64,000 nucleotides of DNA from an uncultured Acidobacteriota bacterium (GTDB taxonomy: Bacteria; Acidobacteriota; Terriglobia; UBA7540), in assembly GCA_963804995.1 (NCBI GenBank), contig CAWDSK010000003.1, forward strand, positions 1,120,001 to 1,184,000. The letters run 5' to 3'. A model generated the notes under the pieces. The model was not told the DNA's origin and did no database searches. It worked only from the letters and a program-made list of their open reading frames with translations. This document shows, in pieces, positions 40,491 through 51,312 of the stretch (position 1 is its first letter; each line of letters begins with the position of its first letter). The position numbers were made by a program, and so were the translations under genes.

Positions 40491-43400
40491 TCAGAAGTCC
40501 AGGCGCAGCATGAACTGAAGGCGCCGCGACGTACCGGTCCCGGTGGCGCCATCGTTCAATTGGCCGGTGATGACCCCAAAGGAGTCTGACGAGATACTGC
40601 CCCCCGGATCACCGTAGATCGGACGGTTAAGCAGGTTAAACGCCTCGGCTCGGAACTTCAATTTCAACTGTTCGGTAAGGGGGATTTCCTTCTGGAGCGC
40701 CGTATCGATTTCATAATACCCGGGTCCACGTGCCACATAGCGTCCCAGGTCTCCCCAGGTGAATTTGGCCGGTGCCGAGAAGGCCGCGGGATTGAACCAG
40801 TTGTTGATGTTTTGGCCGGCCGCGTAAATGGGAACGCCAGGGACCAGGTCCGGCCGCTGACCCGATGTGTTGCCATCGAGCATGGCGGACGCTTTCCGCT
40901 TCACCGTGATATTAATCGGGCGGCCGCTCATGGCCGCGGCAATTCCACTCAGTTGCCAGCCCCCCAGCACCTTTCCGGCAACGCCGCCGGTGTTTAAGAA
41001 AGGCTTGCCGTGTCCAAACGGCAGCTCGTAGACGGAGTTGAGGGAGAGGGATTGGCGAACATCAATGCTTGTGCTGCTATAGTCACATCTGAAACAAGAC
41101 ACGTTTTGAACGGAAATAGTGTCGCCCGCTCCGAACCCTTCGTCAGCCAAACCGTGCGACCACATGTACTGCGTCCCCCACAGCCATCCACTGGTGAGAT
41201 GACGTTGCAAGGATACCTGAAGCGCGTTGAAGTTGCTGTTGCCAAGGTTATTTTTATAGCCGTACTGGCCAAAGGTGGGTATGGGGCGCAGGCCCGTTAG
41301 TGGATTGATGACATTGGCGTTAATTTTGCCAAACAGCCTATGCCCCTCGCTACCGTCCCAAGCGATCTGGCCCACAAAGTTACCCGGGAGTATCCGCTCG
41401 ACCGTGAAATCCCAGTTTTCGATGTATCCGTCCCGGCGGTTCGGATCCCACGCCTTCGGCGAATATAAGGGGGCGGGCAGCAGGGCCGGAAGAACCGGCC
41501 ACGCGAGGTTTGCCACATCCGCTGACGACACATCAAACCGTTGGTCCGTACTCTCGTGCCCGTCGGTGAAGTCGTCCATCTGGTTCGGCGAAAAGTACAT
41601 CCCGAACCCAGTGCGGATGACGGTTTTCCCCGCGTCTCCCCCGGGAGCCCAGGCCAAGCCCAGCCGTGGCCCGAAATCCTTGTAGTAGGGCGAGTACAGT
41701 GGTGTGCCCATGGGGCAAAAACCTCCGCACGAAACCTTCACCACGGCCTGGCGGCCAAACGCCTCCTTCAAGACGGTGTAATGCTCGTAACGCAATCCGT
41801 AATTGAGGGTGAGATTGGGCCGTATTTTGAACGTATCCTGCACGTAGGGCATGATGTAAGTGCGCCGCTCGCCGCCCAGGGTTAACGACCCGACGAAGGA
41901 ATAGTCGTCAAGAATGTTGTTAAGGAAATTGTCCGAGCTGGCGTAGGAAAGGTCTCCGTTGGCGATACTCTCGTCCGAATTGTTCAGCCGGTGGCGCTCC
42001 ACGGCTAGCCCCACCTTAATGGTGTGCCGGCCTCTAACGATGGTCAGGTTGTCGTAGCCATCAATCGTCGTGCCGACTTCCTCATCGAGTTGGCTATCAC
42101 TGGGACTATCGAAGGGGGGCACGCTCGCGCAGCCGGTGCCGGGCAGACCATTGGCGGACATTTGTAGTGGACACGTTCCATTTTGGTAGTGGTGCAAGGC
42201 GGAACGGTTAATTCCCCCGCGGAGCTCGTTAATGATGCTCGGCGAGAAGGTGTGCGTTAACTGGACAACATAATTGGAGGGGCGGATGAGAGGGTTATCG
42301 AGGCCGCCCAGGGTGTCGAGCGGTGAGGTGGAGGTGGCGTCATCGATGTTCAGCCGGGCAAAAATGGAGGTTTTAGCATTGAAGGTGTGATCCAAACGGA
42401 ACATCCCGCCATCCTCGCGGATGTTGTCACTCTGCGGTTGAATCCATTCGTTGGTGATGGAATCGACGGGGACCGTCCCAACGGGCCACTGGGCGAGGAA
42501 GGGCTGGAGAATGGGACTGGTCACGCTTTGCCGAAACGCGGCGTTGGGTACAAACCCGATCACGGTGGTGTCCAGGCGCTGCCGGAGCCCTTCGTAATCG
42601 GCGAAGAAGAAAGTGCGGTCCTTCTGGATGGGCCCGCCCACGCTGCCGCCGAACTGGTTCATGCGGAAGGGCGGAATGCTCGAATCGAAGGGCGAGCGTG
42701 CGTCGAATACATTGTTGCGCAGGAAATCGAAGGCCGAACCGTGCAGCGTGTTCGTGCCCGTCTTCGATACGATGCTGACGATGGCCCCGGCCGACCCACC
42801 CTGATCCGCGGTATAGACCGAGGAGCTGACGCGGAACTCCGCGATCGATTCCAGCGAAATGGCCAGGCGCACACCCACCTTCTGGCTCTGCTCCTGGACG
42901 CCCGTGGCATCGACTCCATCGTAGGTGTAGTTGCTGTCGTCTATGCCTCGCCCCACGAATCGCAGGTCCCTCTGGCCGCCGGCGCCGAGGTTGACCGCGC
43001 CCGGGGCAAGCGTCATCAGGAGGGACCAGTCGCGCCCGTTAAGGGGGATGTCCTCCACTTGCCGGGATTGAACGACGGTTGAGATCTCAGCGTCGTTCGA
43101 ATCGAGCGCGGTAGCTGTACCGCGCACCTCAACCTTCGTGGTGGGCGCGCCCACCTCCAGCCGCACGTTGACGGTGCGGGTCTGGCCAACGGAGAGCTGG
43201 ATCCCCTCCATCGCGAAGGTCTTGAACCCTTGCCCAGAGACCGTAAGATCGTACAATCCCGTGGGCAGGCTGCTGATGCTGTAAACTCCGCTATTCCCCG
43301 TGGTCGTCTCCCTTTTGAAACCCGTGTCGGGCGCCACGACCTCGACTTTCGAGTTGGGAACGCTGGCTCCACTCGGATCCGTGACGGTTCCATTAAGGTT

Positions 43401-43499
43401 GGCACGGTCGATTTGGGCGAAAGCAACTCCCACAAACAAGTTGGCGCCAATTAGAGCGAGAAGAACAACCCGTATCATGCGAAGCAACTGCTGATGCAT
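40491..43499 (-). CDS. TonB-dependent receptor (carboxypeptidase-regulatory N-domain, Oar-like)
   Basis: GTVTDPSGA..P, PLNGR, NQFGGSVGGPI, C-terminal FRAEAFN...RRLQFMLRLDF. Confidence 0.93.
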   Translation of the reverse strand: MHQQLLRMIRVVLLALIGANLFVGVAFAQIDRANLNGTVTDPSGASVPNSKVEVVAPDTGFKRETTTGNSGVYSISSLPTGLYDLTVSGQGFKTFAMEGIQLSVGQTRTVNVRLEVGAPTTKVEVRGTATALDSNDAEISTVVQSRQVEDIPLNGRDWSLLMTLAPGAVNLGAGGQRDLRFVGRGIDDSNYTYDGVDATGVQEQSQKVGVRLAISLESIAEFRVSSSVYTADQGGSAGAIVSIVSKTGTNTLHGSAFDFLRNNVFDARSPFDSSIPPFRMNQFGGSVGGPIQKDRTFFFADYEGLRQRLDTTVIGFVPNAAFRQSVTSPILQPFLAQWPVGTVPVDSITNEWIQPQSDNIREDGGMFRLDHTFNAKTSIFARLNIDDATSTSPLDTLGGLDNPLIRPSNYVVQLTHTFSPSIINELRGGINRSALHHYQNGTCPLQMSANGLPGTGCASVPPFDSPSDSQLDEEVGTTIDGYDNLTIVRGRHTIKVGLAVERHRLNNSDESIANGDLSYASSDNFLNNILDDYSFVGSLTLGGERRTYIMPYVQDTFKIRPNLTLNYGLRYEHYTVLKEAFGRQAVVKVSCGGFCPMGTPLYSPYYKDFGPRLGLAWAPGGDAGKTVIRTGFGMYFSPNQMDDFTDGHESTDQRFDVSSADVANLAWPVLPALLPAPLYSPKAWDPNRRDGYIENWDFTVERILPGNFVGQIAWDGSEGHRLFGKINANVINPLTGLRPIPTFGQYGYKNNLGNSNFNALQVSLQRHLTSGWLWGTQYMWSHGLADEGFGAGDTISVQNVSCFRCDYSSTSIDVRQSLSLNSVYELPFGHGKPFLNTGGVAGKVLGGWQLSGIAAAMSGRPINITVKRKASAMLDGNTSGQRPDLVPGVPIYAAGQNINNWFNPAAFSAPAKFTWGDLGRYVARGPGYYEIDTALQKEIPLTEQLKLKFRAEAFNLLNRPIYGDPGGSISSDSFGVITGQLNDGATGTGTSRRLQFMLRLDF

Positions 43500-43815
43500 T
43501 GAACTTCCTCCTTTTGCAGCGTTTTATTCCGACCCTGGACCCGATTGACTGCCAGCAGGTGATGAATTGCACACCCCAAACGTCGGCCCCCTCTACCGCA
43601 GAAACCGCCCTTGGCAATACCGCTTGCGTGGGCGTGCGCCGACTTTCTTAGAACGAATGCGCCCTGATGGTGCAACATCCACATGACGCCTGTGTTGCAC
43701 GCTGAAGAATTTATGTAACAAGGTGACACGCCGAGCCAAGGTTGAAGCTGAATGTGTAGCGCCCATGAATTGTTGGTGACGGATGTGTGAAATCGGAAAG
43801 GATCGATGAAATTGC

Positions 43816-43936
43816 GCGCAGCGCTTTGGACTGCGGTAGCAGCAGCTACCGCTTTCTGCCTTCGGTTAATACGGCAAAGACACAAGGGGCGGAGGAAGAA
43901 AAGCGGTAGCTGCTGCTACCGCAGTCCAAAGTGCCT
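43816..43936. repeat. Inverted TTTGGA(C/G)TGCGG REP-like pair
   Basis: TTTGGACTGCGGTAGCAGCAGCTACCGCTTT ... AAAGCGGTAGCTGCTGCTACCGCAGTCCAAA; related pair at 5046-5160. Confidence 0.7.
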
Positions 43937-44104
43937 TCGGCACACATATTTTCGCAGCAGCAGGCGGCGACGCCGCGAGGGTGGCTTTCTCCCGCATTAA
44001 ACCGAACTCAGACATTCTGAACGCCAAATTTTGCCTCAAACTTCTTTCTCTCTTAACCGAAATATAATATAGTCGTCACAATTCTGTAATCTGAGGCTCG
44101 CGCC

Positions 44105-45094
44105 ATGCGACTTCAAAGGGTAGCAACGCTTCTGGTGACCGGTTTAGTGCTCGCATGTGTCCGGGTGACGGCGGCTGATGCACCCTCTGCCCCGAATCCA
44201 CATCCCGATATTGTCAGCCCCTACCAAGCTTACGATTTACCACTGAGATTGTTCTGCCCGTCCCCCAGCCGGCCTGTCGGCGTCCTCCTGCATGTGCGCA
44301 TTAACGGTGGGCGGCCTCTGCGCCTGGTCCTCAACAGCGCTGCTGAGACCACCGTGATTAGCGCTAAGGCTGCGCGCGCCTTCGGCCTTTCCGCCGAATC
44401 AAGGATGGAGTTAGTGGGTTTGGGGAGCAGGCCCGCAAGGGTGGGCCGGGCAGAGACTGTTGAAATTGGTCCCATCTCTTTCCGAAACTGCTCCGTGGCT
44501 TTTGTGGAGGGCACTATAGCCGAAGGGGCGGACGGGGTGATTCCGTTGGCGCTGTTCTCCGACTTCCTCATGCGGCTCGATCTGCCGGGCAGGACTCTCA
44601 GACTCATACCCTATCCGGAGGAGAAGGGCCCGGAGGGTTCTTCCAACCGGGCGCTCGAACAACACGATTTCCTGCTTGTCGAATCCGTATTGAACCGAAA
44701 GCATCACGGGTATGTCATCCTGGATACGGGCGCCTTCTGTAGCGCGATCTCGCGCGAGGTAGCAGACACTTTGGGCGGTTCGCGTAATGTCGCGGATTTG
44801 CCGATTGGGGCAGGGACTGGGCCCGCCACCGGCCAGCTTGTTTCCGCCGATGTGCATTTCGAGATTGCCGGGCAGGAATTTGTTCCCGACCGCGTCGTCG
44901 CCCTGGATCTGCTGAACCTGAGTCGCCACTACGGTGTGGAAGTTGTGGGTGTAGTGGGGTTCCCGGACTTGAGCCCCTATGTTCTCACCGTTGACTATCG
45001 CAACCGGTCGGTCAAGATCGAACCGAAGCTGAACGCTTCTCCCCGGGAGCGGGGTCACCGCGAAAACCCTCACACTCCTCTGGCATTTCGCTAA
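44105..45094 (+). CDS. Secreted two-domain retropepsin-like aspartyl protease
   Basis: Second lobe ILDTGA; first lobe degenerate VLNSAA; G..G.. flap-like motifs. Confidence 0.8.
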   Translation: MRLQRVATLLVTGLVLACVRVTAADAPSAPNPHPDIVSPYQAYDLPLRLFCPSPSRPVGVLLHVRINGGRPLRLVLNSAAETTVISAKAARAFGLSAESRMELVGLGSRPARVGRAETVEIGPISFRNCSVAFVEGTIAEGADGVIPLALFSDFLMRLDLPGRTLRLIPYPEEKGPEGSSNRALEQHDFLLVESVLNRKHHGYVILDTGAFCSAISREVADTLGGSRNVADLPIGAGTGPATGQLVSADVHFEIAGQEFVPDRVVALDLLNLSRHYGVEVVGVVGFPDLSPYVLTVDYRNRSVKIEPKLNASPRERGHRENPHTPLAFR

Positions 45095-45145
45095 CCCGGA
45101 ATTCCTACCACGGTTCTGGAAGGGCGGGGCTTATGGTTTTTGAAT

Positions 45146-45279
45146 TTATAAATTCAAGAACCATTCGCCCCCCCGTTACAAGGCCCTCGCCTTATGACGT
45201 AGCGATACGATCACCCGAGAATATGTCGTACGGACTCTGTATCTGCAGCAGAAACGCTTCCGCTCGTTTGTATCCGCGT
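45146..45279 (-). pseudogene. 3' fragment of a PIG-L deacetylase paralog plus downstream flank
   Basis: Reverse-complement match to about 54630-54763; encodes RGYKRAEAFLLQIQSPYDIFSGDRIATS*. Confidence 0.85.
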
Positions 45280-45410
45280 CCGGAACAATCCCGTGAGGAA
45301 CTTTCCGGGTGGCTTGACCAGGGGGTGAGCTTTGTCGGGCCAGGTACTAACTGTAACGGACGGTCGGTTTCAGATCGCAGATTATGCTGCCTCCACACCG
45401 CTGAGCCATT

Positions 45411-46799
45411 TCACGCCTGGCCTGGGGCGACGCCTCGCTGGAGCATCCTGTTGAGCGTCATAATATTCAAGATCAGTTGGCGAACCGGATGGTAATTGTC
45501 CTGGCGCCCGACGTGAGGCTGAAAAGTCATGCGGCGGTCGGCAAAAAGCATCGCAGCGGCGGGGTGACCACGATCCTTTTGCCAGAACTTCTGGTTGCTG
45601 ATCCGGTAGGCCATTCCGAAGTACTCGGCTGCCCAATCCGCCCCGGTTCGCTCAAATACCTTTAGCGTTGCGACCAGCGCTTCATTCTGGCACCACAAAC
45701 ACTTCAGGTATTCATACTCGCCGGAGAAGTGAAACTCGAGATGCGTCCCCGGCGGGGTTTCGACCGGCCATTCGTAGGACGGGTGATCCACGTTGACCCA
45801 CTGCGAAAGCCCCCCGTAGATGTAGTCCCAACCGGCATTGAGATGATGATGGATGCGCTCGGCACAGGTCTTCCACAGCCCCGGATCGTGGCGGCGGTCG
45901 GCCTCGTCCATAACCATCCATAAGGCCTCGACCGCGTGGCCGAACCGCGATTTCTGCGCCTCCTCTTTCGGCCGCGTGAAATCGAAATACAACATCTCGG
46001 TATTCAAGCCGATGTCGGGGTTGAAGTGCCGATTCATGATCGCGTCCGCGGAGCTGTCGGCGATCCTGGCGATTTCAGGATCGCTCTCCCGTTCGAGTAT
46101 CTGCGTAGCGAGGCGAAGATTCAGGAACCATAATCCCTGGGGCCGCACGGCACGCTTACTGCCCCAGAGATAAGGGAAGTCCGCGCCGCGGTACCGGAAA
46201 CCGGGGCTGTCGAAGTCCCGGAAGAGCTTCTTCAGGATACCGATCGCGGCTTCATGGGACTGACCGTCCCCGCTGGCCGCGGCGTATGCGTAAAGGCCCT
46301 CGGCCAAGTGGTACATCCCTTCGGTATCGCCGCTGAACGGCCTGAGCACTTTGCCTTCCCGCGATAACTCTTCCGCCCACTCCCCGTCGGGCTGGAGCGC
46401 GTACTTAAACACGAATTCCTTGGTCTTTCTCGCCACGTCCAGGAATTGGGGATCCTTTCCAAAGTGGTTATACAGGAAGCTATAAATCCAGATGGCGCGC
46501 CCCAGAAACCAGAGATTTTTGCGCTGATCAACCAGTGTGCCGTCGTAATCGAGACTGCACATAAGTCCGCCGTACTCGTGATCGATCCCGTATTTGTCCC
46601 AAAAGGGCAGAACCGCCTGGAAAAGCTGGTCGTGCAGTTTCTGGCGCAATTCCGCAACCCCCATGCCGGCCAGCCGCTCGGGCGATGCTAACGTCCCCTC
46701 TCGGCATGGATCCCGTACACTCTGGGCGTTGCCGGGCCCCGGCATGCCAAGCTGGGCCGCGGCAGCGCCCGTCAATCCGAGAAACGCGCGTCGTTTCAC
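45411..46799 (-). CDS. AGE family epimerase/isomerase (N-acylglucosamine 2-epimerase-like), Tat
   Basis: KRRAFL; LPFW..GID..YGG; GHAVEALW; GWD..YGG; W.QNE; YH..R. Confidence 0.85.
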   Translation of the reverse strand: MKRRAFLGLTGAAAAQLGMPGPGNAQSVRDPCREGTLASPERLAGMGVAELRQKLHDQLFQAVLPFWDKYGIDHEYGGLMCSLDYDGTLVDQRKNLWFLGRAIWIYSFLYNHFGKDPQFLDVARKTKEFVFKYALQPDGEWAEELSREGKVLRPFSGDTEGMYHLAEGLYAYAAASGDGQSHEAAIGILKKLFRDFDSPGFRYRGADFPYLWGSKRAVRPQGLWFLNLRLATQILERESDPEIARIADSSADAIMNRHFNPDIGLNTEMLYFDFTRPKEEAQKSRFGHAVEALWMVMDEADRRHDPGLWKTCAERIHHHLNAGWDYIYGGLSQWVNVDHPSYEWPVETPPGTHLEFHFSGEYEYLKCLWCQNEALVATLKVFERTGADWAAEYFGMAYRISNQKFWQKDRGHPAAAMLFADRRMTFQPHVGRQDNYHPVRQLILNIMTLNRMLQRGVAPGQA

Positions 46800-47387
46800 G
46801 ATTCAACTCTCCTCTGTGTTCTTTGAGCGTGTATATGCACCGCAGCCGCATGGAGGGGAGAGAAAGTCAAGTTAGACACGGCCTTGTTTTCCTTGTGGTC
46901 GACACTTACGGCGTGCCCCGAGACCATAAAGCCTACCCAGCGGGGCGGCGCGCCCCCGCTCTCCCCTGACTGCCTCCTTCGCAACCGGGAGCAGTCTAGA
47001 TTAAAGTAACTTCAATTTCCATACCATGTCAGAAGGTCAGATAGGACAATCCCCCCAGTAATCAGATTGGACAGTGGACCCACTGGCTGAGTTCGGGGAC
47101 GTTGTGGGGAAGTAGATCATGTGCGATTCCGTGCTCTCCTTGAGGTGTCCAGAGTCTCTAAAGCTGACTGGAGATGCTCGCCCTGGAATTAGGCTGCCCC
47201 GACTACCGTAAGCAACGGGGCTCCAAGTTGCGTGAACTTAAAAGGCGCCGCAGCTTGCATCGCGGCCACCGCTCTCACAGCCGGCACCTTGCTACCCCAT
47301 AGATGCACGCGCCGGTCTGTTAGTTACGCGCCCGCTCCGGCCCGGGATTCGCTAGCGGGCCAGAACCGAGCATGGCGTCAGGGCAGC

Positions 47388-47546
47388 TCAGGCCTCGACG
47401 ATGTTATTCCGGATGGCGTAGCGGACCAACTCACTCACCGAGGTGAGATTCAGTTTATGCATGAGGTTAGAGCGGTGAACTTCCACGGTCTTGATGCTGA
47501 TATTCAAGCAGGCGGCATCCTCCTTATTACTCCGCTTCCGTGGCAC
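47388..47546 (-). pseudogene. LuxR/NarL-type C-terminal HTH fragment
   Basis: Manual translation: ..KRSNKEDAACLNISIKTVEVHRSNLMHKLNLTSVSELVRYAIRNNIVEA*. Overlaps the 3' end of the radical SAM gene; not in the ORF track. Confidence 0.8.
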
Positions 47547-49005
47547 TGACGAGTTCGAAGAAATGATGCCCCATAATCGCCAGGGTGATGGCCTTGCTGA
47601 AATGGTGCCGATGCTGGCTTAGGGACTGAGCAAAGAATTTCCAATACTCCTGGCGGTAATTGCTGAGCAAGCCTTGCCGAAAGAGCGAGCGGCCCAGCGC
47701 CAGGATATCGGCGAAGTCGATGGGCGAGCGCGACCCGCGGCCCAACTGCCCCAGGAAAGCCGAGGCGCGCTGGAAATATTCCCGCGGGTTGTAAATGGTC
47801 TGGAGGATGCGCCGGTACCCATCCAGCAATTCCTGCGTATCCATGCGCGGGATGAAGTTCAAGTCGGCCAGCGTGTTGTTCCCCAGGCTGGATTTGATGA
47901 GCCGTCCCTCCGCCTTGAGCCGCCGCCACAACTGCGTATTGGGCAGGGCCGTGAGCAGCCCGACCATGGAGAGGGGAATAGCGGCTTCGCGGATAAAGGC
48001 GATCTGGCGGTCAAAGACATCGTGCGGGTCATTATCAAAGCCTACGATGAACCCCGCCATCACTTCCATGCCGTAAGCCTGAATGAGCTTCACACTTTCC
48101 AGCAGATCCTTGCGGAGATTCTGGAATTTGGTAGTTTCTTTCAGGCTCTCGGCCACTGGCGTCTCAATGCCCAGGAAGACACGTGTAAAATGCGCCTCGC
48201 GCATCAGGGCCAGCATCTTCTCGTCTTCCGCCAGGTTCAGGGAAGCCTCAGTGTAAAGCGAGAAGGGAAACTTGTGCTCGCGCATCCACTCCACCAGGCG
48301 GGGGAGCAGGAGCATAACGTTTTTCTTATTGCCGATAAAGTTGTCATCCACCATGAAAACTGAGCCGCGCCAGCCCAGCCGGTGAAGCTGGTCGAGCTCC
48401 GCGCACACCTGATCGGGGGTCTTCGTTCTCGGCCGCCGGCCGTAGATCTCGATGATGTCGCAGAATTCACAGGTGAACGGACAGCCCCGGGAGTACTGAA
48501 GCGACATGGAACTGTAGCGCCGCATGGGCGCGATGCGCAGGTCCGGCAGCGGCACCTGGGTGACGTCGGGCCATTGCTTTTTGAAGTAGTGGGGTTGGGC
48601 CTCGCCCCGTTCCAGGTCCGCCGCAAGCTGGGGGATGATCTCCTCGGCTTCCCCCTCGACGGTGTGGTCGGCTTCGGCGATGGCAGGGTCCTTGGCGCTG
48701 ACAATCGGGCCGCCCACCACCGTGCGCACTCCGAGACGCTTGGCCCGCGCGATCTGCTCCTTCATCGAGGGTCCCTGCACGATCATGCCGCTCAGGAAGA
48801 CGACGTCCGCCCAGGCCAGGTCGGAGTCCTTAAGGCGGCGCACGTTCAGATCCACCAGCCGGCGTTCCCAGTGCGATGGCAGCAGCGCCGACACAGTGAG
48901 TAAACCCAAGGGAGGGAAGGCCGACCTCTTTCCTTCAAAGGGTAAAGCGTGCTTGAAGCTCCAGAACGTGTCCGGAAACTCCGGATAGACCATTAAGACT
49001 TTCAC
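47527..49005 (-). CDS. B12-binding radical SAM protein (DUF4070/HpnP-like family)
   Basis: PPLGL B12-binding N-terminus, RGCPFTCEFC, VDDNF, GFIVGFDND. GTG start at 49005. Confidence 0.92.
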   Translation of the reverse strand: MKVLMVYPEFPDTFWSFKHALPFEGKRSAFPPLGLLTVSALLPSHWERRLVDLNVRRLKDSDLAWADVVFLSGMIVQGPSMKEQIARAKRLGVRTVVGGPIVSAKDPAIAEADHTVEGEAEEIIPQLAADLERGEAQPHYFKKQWPDVTQVPLPDLRIAPMRRYSSMSLQYSRGCPFTCEFCDIIEIYGRRPRTKTPDQVCAELDQLHRLGWRGSVFMVDDNFIGNKKNVMLLLPRLVEWMREHKFPFSLYTEASLNLAEDEKMLALMREAHFTRVFLGIETPVAESLKETTKFQNLRKDLLESVKLIQAYGMEVMAGFIVGFDNDPHDVFDRQIAFIREAAIPLSMVGLLTALPNTQLWRRLKAEGRLIKSSLGNNTLADLNFIPRMDTQELLDGYRRILQTIYNPREYFQRASAFLGQLGRGSRSPIDFADILALGRSLFRQGLLSNYRQEYWKFFAQSLSQHRHHFSKAITLAIMGHHFFELVSATEAE

Positions 49006-49272
49006 GCCAATTTCCTTCCTGCGCCAGAGATGTGCCACGGGCAGCCTGCCCCGATCCATCGGCATCCCGCCCGTGCCGCAGGCATGGCCAGAGCCTGCCC
49101 TGAGCCCAGCGAAGGGATGGCCATGGCACAAGTGGCCGGGGGTAGACCCAGGAATTTCATTGTTCAGCCCCCCGTTTTCATTAAAACATCTTCGGTGTCC
49201 TCGTGTCTGTTCAAAATTGCTCACTTTTGCGGGAATCACTTTGGAGTAGGGGTTGGCTGATCGAGGGAGGTT

Positions 49273-49410
49273 GTAGCGCGGACCTGTTCTGGAGGTCCGC
49301 GGCTTTTAGGTTCAAATCCAATGGCCGGGCGAAGTTTTGGACCCGTTTACGCGCGAAGCTGTGCGGAGGCAGAAGAACCGCGGACCTAAAGAACGGACCC
49401 GCACTACGCT
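49273..49410. repeat. Inverted GTAG REP pair
   Basis: GTAGCGCGGACCT..AGGTCCGCGG and CCGCGGACCT..CCCGCACTAC. Confidence 0.65.
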
Positions 49411-49444
49411 TGCTTATCGGAGCATTCATTATCACGCTTCGGGC

Positions 49445-51312
49445 TCAGGTGCTGAGGTACCACGGCACGACGATGATAAAAATTCGTTGGTTCTCTTTCA
49501 GAAGCAAGAGCGCCTTCAGCCATTCCGCGCGCTGATTATGCAGGAAGTAGTGGTACCAGCGCCGTTCCACCAACTCCGGAACCAGCACCGCGATCTGGCG
49601 GTCCGGGTTATTCCGCTCAAGTTCCAGAACATAGTTCACAATCGGGGAGATTACGAAGCGATAGGGTGATTTCAACACGACCAGGCGGGGAGGCGCCAGC
49701 CCGGCTCGTTTCGCCGGCTCCTCGACATAGTAGTCCCATTTCCGGCAAAAATCCCCCGCATCCTTCTCACAATCGATATGCAACGCCTGCACTTCTGTCG
49801 ATACCTTCAGGGCGACGCGCAGAGCTTTTTGGGCGATCTTATTCCAATAAAGAATCGGCACGACCACCAGCGGAGCGCGCAGGTTGGTTAAATCCAGGGG
49901 TAGCGGGTTGGCGGTCTCAGCATTGACACGATCATAGTGCCGCCGGACGGACATCATCAGTATGACCATCGCAGGTATCAGCAAGGTGGTTACCCAGGCC
50001 CCGTCAGCGAACTTGGCGACCGTCACCACGGCCACGGTGGTTGCCGTCGCGGCCGATCCCAGCCCGTTGACAAACATACTGTGCCGAGATCTGGCCCCCC
50101 CGTTCGCCTCCAGTGCGCCACCATGCCGGCCTGGGAGAGCGTAAACGCCAGGAAAGCGCCGACCGCGAACAGCGGAATCAGCCGGTCCGTGACCCCGCCG
50201 AACAGAATCAGGAGCACGGCGCACAACGCGGCCAGGATATAGATTCCTTGCGAGTACACCAGCCGCCTGCCGCGCGAGGCAAAGCCCCGTGGAAGATACC
50301 CGTCCTCGGCGACGGCGCGGCAGAGGCGCGGAAAATCCGCAAAGGCAGTGTTGGCCGAGAGGGCGAGTACGAGCAGAATGGAACCGATCGTGATGTAGTA
50401 GAAGAGCCCTTTCCCCGCTACGGCGGCGATGAGCTGCGACAGCACGCTTTGGTATCCTGCTTCTCCGGGGTTGGTCGCTCCGATGTGGTAGGCATGAACG
50501 AGGAAGGCGATTCCCGCCAGCAGCACCATGAGGAGGGCAATGACCGCCGTCAGAGTGCGCTGCGCTGATTTCACCGCCGGTTCCCGGAAAGCTCCCACAC
50601 CGTTACTGACCGCCTCGACCCCGGTCATGGCCGTACACCCACTGGAGAAGGCCTTCAGCATCAGCCAGACGCCGACGGCTGCGGTCGGGAGGTGCAGCAT
50701 GGGCGGAGCTATCACGGGTACGGGATGACCTCCTGCGGCGAACGTCTTGGCCAATCCCAGCGCCAGAGTGATGAACATGCTTCCGACAAAGAGATAGGTG
50801 GGGAAGATGAACACCGCACCCGTCTCGCGGACGCCACGCAGGTTGATGAGCGTCATCAGCAACAAGATCCCAAGGCACATCAGCAGAGTGTGTGATTGCA
50901 GGGACGGCACGGCGGAGACCAGCGCCCCGACACCCGCAGAGATCCCCACCGCGGCCGTCAGCACGTAGTCAATCATCAGGGCTGCGGCCGCCAGCAGCCC
51001 GGGAAGCTCTCCCAGGTTCTTGCTGGCCACCGTGTAAGAGCCGCCGCCGGTGGGGTAGGCCTCAATAGTCTGGCGATAGGAGAAGTAGACGATCGCGAGC
51101 AGGATGATGATGCTGCCGGTGATCGGTATCAGATAGGCAATTCCCGCCGCGCCCAGCGGGACCAGCAACGTGAGTGCCGCCTCCGGGCCGTACGCGGCGG
51201 AGCTGAGCGCGTCCAAGCCAAAGACGCCGATCCCCGTCGAGGGGGCCAGCCGCTCCCCTCCTTCCTCCGAGGAACGCAGCGGCCGCCCAAATAGCAGATC
51301 AGTCCAAGACAT
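49445..51312 (-). CDS. APC-superfamily permease, KimA/YdaO-like; frameshift in a G7 run near 50095-50101
   Basis: DALSSAAYG, YPTGGGSY, IDYVLT, AMTGVEAVSNG, FPRL; C-terminal domain SPYR...LHNQ in the second frame. Confidence 0.88.

Noticed and set aside
43500..43810. Cobalamin or other riboswitch upstream of the TonB receptor
   Set aside because: No recognisable B12-box or other conserved riboswitch core seen by eye; an Rfam scan would be needed.
50090..50105. Programmed frameshift or phase variation in the APC permease
   Set aside because: A single-base loss in a G7 run is more simply a homopolymer sequencing error, given the other indels in the window.
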